Program-made: the position numbers and the translations under genes | NCBI GenBank assembly: GCA_001275005.1 | Contig: JWZX01003275.1 | Span: forward strand, 1-32,583 | DNA length: 32,583 bases | DNA from: Chrysochromulina tobinii | Taxonomy: Eukaryota | Direction of reading: 5' to 3' | Shown here: positions 28,624-32,583 of the stretch, piece by piece | Position numbering within the stretch: position 1 is the stretch's first letter | How the letters are laid out: every line of letters begins with the position of its first letter | The notes under the pieces: generated by a model | The model's input: the letters and a program-made list of their open reading frames with translations, nothing else | What the model was told of the DNA's origin: nothing | Database searches by the model: none

Positions 28624-31600
28624 CTACAGTCTACAGTCTACGCTGTGCGAGCTCTCGCTTCGGCCGACGGAGGCGGGCGGGGGGTCTTTCGATGGGGTCC
28701 AAGGGTTCGTGTGGCTTGCGAGGGAGCCGACGACCTCATGCACCACAAACGCGGCCACGTCGGGGTTGCTCCAGTAGCCGTTATGAGCTTTGAGAGCCGC
28801 GAGGTACTCGGAGGCATGCTCAAGCTCACTCTCTTGCAGCTGGTAGTCCACCCGCCCGCCGCCGTTGAGCGACCAGACGACCGAACTGGCGGCGGGGGCG
28901 GGAGCGGGGACGGGGGCAGGAGCAGCAGCGGCATCGGCGGGGGCGCCGGCGGCGGTGGCGTGGGTACCGGTGGAGGCCGCGGAGTTCGCGCAAGCGCCGC
29001 CGCCGCCGCCGCCAAACCAGCCGGACAATGCCGACGGCACGTAGCCGGAGACCGCGGAAGGGACGTACTCGAAGACGTTGTGGTAGAATCGGCTCTTCAC
29101 CTCCCAAGCGTCGTGCAGGTACGCGCTGGTCGCTTGGCGGAGCTTGATGTGCAGTCGCTTCCCATGCCGGTCGCCCGCATAGGGGACGTATACTGGGGGC
29201 GGGGGCTCGAGCGGGGGTGAGCGGTCTCTAGGCGTGACGCCGCTGCCAGTGCGGCCAGCCCCCGTGTCGGCCGCGCCACCTCCCATGCTGCTGCTGCTGC
29301 CGCCTGCCGCCTCCGCCTCCGCCTCGTCCTCCTCCTCCTCGTCGTCCTCGAGAAGCAACGGCTCCAGACGGTAGGCGATAGGGTCGTTACGCGCGAAGAC
29401 GTTGAACACGGCCGTCGGGCGGCGGCCGAGCCGGCGCGGGAGGAGAAAGGAGCGACCCAGCTTCTGCCCGCGCACCGATAGGAAGCAGCCAATTGGGCTC
29501 CCGAGCGTGAGCAGCGCTGCAAAGGCGCATTCGAGCGGAGGGCAGCCGAGCGGCGGCGGCGTACTCAGCAGAGGAGCGTACGATGGAAGCTGCTTGGACG
29601 GCGGCGCGGGGGGCGGAGGCAGCGGCGCGGGCGGCGGAGGCGTCGGCGTGGTGGGTGCTGCGCTGGGCGACGCCAGCACGGTGCGCGCGGCGGACGGGGT
29701 CAGCGGAGGGGACGTTGTAGTAGTAGCAGCAGCAGTAGCAGTAGCAGCAGCAGCAGCAGTAGTAGTAGCTTCGGCGGACGGGGTCAGCGGAGGTACAGCC
29801 AACTCCGAAGCTGTCCATAGCGATGCGCCCCATGAGGCCATCTCCGCTGTGAAAGTCATGGAGCCCACCTCCGCGGCTTCAGAGCCGCCGACCATTCGGA
29901 GATCGTCGAGATCGAGCTCGACCATCAGCCGGCTCAACTCGGCGCCCACGAGATTCTGTATCTCGACGAGCTCGGCCATCTCGGCGTATACGAGCCGCTC
30001 CTCGTCCCTTTCCAAATTAGGGCACAGTCGCTCGCACCCCTCGTCACTTGCCATATTTAGACCGAGTCGGGGCAAAAAGTCCTCGCGCGTCGGCATCGTC
30101 GAGAGGCCCGCTCGGAAGGCGTTCTTGAGCCAAAAGTTGTGGAAGTGCTCGAGGTGCGTCTGGTACGCATCGCGCGCGAGGGTGCTCAAGAGGCTAGCGC
30201 GGTCCTCGACCATCCCCGCGAAGACGGCGTTCTGAAAGGCGAGCGAGCGTCGGAGCCACACGAGGGCGATGGCGGCCGAGGGGTCGGCGAGGACGCCCCC
30301 CGCTCGATGGATGCCACTCGCGCGTTCCGCCTCGAGGAGCTCGCGCAGCGAGATCAGTCGTTGCGAGCCATCTGCCGCCTCGAGATCGCGCCACGCCCGT
30401 TGCATCTTCTCAAGGTTCGCCTCGTCATTCTTCACGACGAGCAGCAGCAGTGGTCCGAAAGCCTCGAAGATCTTGAGCGTGTGGGAGAAAGCCTCTAGCA
30501 GCGCCTCGACACGAACCGTCGCGCCGCCCAATTTGGAATGTCCCAATTTGGAATGTCCCGATTTGGAAGGTGCTGCCCCATGGCCGCTACCATCAATGTC
30601 TTCGTCCGGCGCGTGCGCGTCGTCATGGGCGCCTGGGAGCGCCGCGTACCAGGCGCTCGTCTGGGCGCGCAGCAGCGAGTGGCTGCTCCCATCGGCGGCC
30701 GCGAACAAGGTGCGTCTCCTTCGAGCCATGGCGGCACCGGCATATGTAACGGTGCCGGTGCCGGTGCCAGTGTCGGTGCCAGTGTCAGTGCAGGTGCCAA
30801 TGCAGGTGCCAGTTCCGGTGCTGGTGAGGGGCATGTTGCTCTGAGGCTTGGTGTCACTGGCGGGGTCGACTGTGCTAGTGTCATCAATAGCACTTGCCAT
30901 ATTAGGGTCCCTCAGAGCCGACGATACCGCAGAGGCCGCCATCACCTGTGCGAGCTCGTCACCTTGATCCCGGATGAGCTCGTCACCTCGATCTCGGATG
31001 AGCTCGTCCACCGTAGGCATAGCGGGAGGAGGCGTAGCGGGAGGAGGCGTAGCGGGAGGAGGCGTAGCGGGAGGAGGCGTAGACTCCCACGCTGCGGGCC
31101 GCGCTGCCGCGGGCAGTGAGCGCCCCGGTGTGAGCGTCCGCCCGACCGAGTTCACAGCTGGATGCGGCGCGTTCACAGCTGGATGCGGCGCCGCGCATGT
31201 GCCGTCGACGATGCCGAGGGAGCACAGGACATCGAAAGAGATCAGACTCCCGAGGGAGTGCCCGATGAGGATGTAACGGCCGCCCGATTCGTCAAAGCCG
31301 GGGTTGTACCGCCGCCATGCATGCACGAGCTCGTTGATGCCGCGCACGACCGCGAGCTGTATGGCCGCACGTGTCGAGGGCTGCTCGTAGAGCAAGACAT
31401 CGCATAGGACCTCATTGGTGACCAGACGGAGCGTTGGGATCGAGGGGAGTGTCACTGAGGCCATTCGCCGCCTCCATGCGTCGCCGCCCTTGCTGTGGTG
31501 CCAACCGACTCCGAGAAACTCGACACGGCTGAGCGGCGCACCGCCGCCGCCGCCGCTGCCGCCGCCGCTGCCGCCGCCGCCGCTGATACCCCCAGTGCAT

Positions 31601-32429
31601 TCCTTCGACGCCAACCCGGCAGCCTCGTCGGCGAGAGTCTGCGCGAATGCGGCCGACTTGGCTGCGTTCGCACGCAGCTTATCGACCGAGGAGTTGAACT
31701 CGTTGAAGTTGAATGGATTCGTCGTCGACCAGAGGGACTCGCCGACGCCATGGACGACAAAGGCGAGGGTGGCGGGGCGAGTCTGCTCGTAACGGATCTC
31801 ATCCTCACTCGGTGCTGGCCGACTCTCACCTGCCCAGCCGCGTCCGATGGAGCACGAGGAGGCGCCCCAGAGCGATGCGCCCCATGTGACCACCTCGGCT
31901 GTGGAAGTCATCATCGCGCTCACCGCCGCACGCACGCCGCTGCCGCTCGCACTGCTCGCGCCGCTCAGGGAGATGGTGATGGTGCTGCTCAGGGAGCTGG
32001 TGATGGAACTTGTCATCCCACCGGAGGCCGCCGTGCCGGGCGCGACGCTGATGTTCACCCTGTACGCACCGCCCAAGACGGTGATCGCGCCCGTCGCGCC
32101 CGGCACGGCGCTCATGGCGGAGGGCGATGGCGGCGACGCGTCAGCCGCAGCGGGAGGAGCTCTGCTCTCCAGTGCCCTGATCAAGGCGTCAATGTCATCG
32201 AGCAGGCAACGCAACTCGCGATGCTGTTTGCTGTGCTGACGATCTGCGTCGGTGGCGACGCGAGCATGCAAGTGTCTGAACTGCTCCTCCCAATCGCTGA
32301 GCTTTCCCTCCACCTGCCGCCGCTGCGTGCTGAGCTGCTGCACGCTGGTGCTGTTGGTGATGGCGGTGCTGCTGGTGCTGCTGATGCTGCCGCCGCCGCC
32401 GCCGGCGCTGCTGCCGCCGCCGCCGGCGC

Positions 32430-32461
<32 letters not shown>

Positions 32462-32583
32462 TCGCCTCCTCCTCCGCCGCCGCCGACGACGACGCCGGTG
32501 GTGATGGAGATGGCGGAGGAGGAGGAGACAGCAGAGGAGACGGCGGAGAAGGCGGAGGAAACGGCGGCGGGGGAGGGGGGGGG
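28624..32583 (-). CDS. DDHD-domain (PA-PLA1 type) phospholipase with an internal GLTP domain; 5' end beyond the window
   Basis: The frame is open from the window end to the stop at 28624. Lipase motifs: FVVHGVGE, VEFLGVGWH, TLPSIPTLR...DVLLY, IGHSLGS. DDHD: LGSPIGCFL, FNVFARNDPIAYRLEPLL, RVDYQLQE, HNGYW. GLTP: VVKNDEANLEK, ALVWLRRSLAF, AYQTHLEHFHNFWLK. Confidence 0.88.

Overview
GC-rich, gene-dense eukaryotic algal DNA. It is most consistent with a haptophyte: short GT-AG introns including a GTGCGC donor, signal-peptide-led plastid leaders, and a dynein light chain. The window holds about 16 protein genes. These include the ribonucleotide reductase large subunit, exosome RRP43, chlorophyll synthase, roadblock/LC7, a TPR protein, a truncated Ski2-like helicase, a SprT/GCNA-like protease and a DenD-like SDR. 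There is also a decayed 2.4-kb Tc1/IS630 transposon (about 83-bp TIRs, TA duplication) carrying a second ORF. Four observations stand out. (1) A roughly 1,900-aa class I PI3-kinase has three N-terminal cyclic-nucleotide-binding domains. (2) A DDHD-type phospholipase A1 has a glycolipid-transfer (GLTP) domain inserted between its two halves. (3) The RNR R1 has a signal peptide plus an LHRLRGG motif and a degenerate ATP cone. (4) A 65-nt intron is bounded by a perfect 24-bp direct repeat. Four single-base frameshifts in short homopolymers and one probable microsatellite mis-join look like assembly errors. All family calls come from motif recognition by eye; no searches were run.
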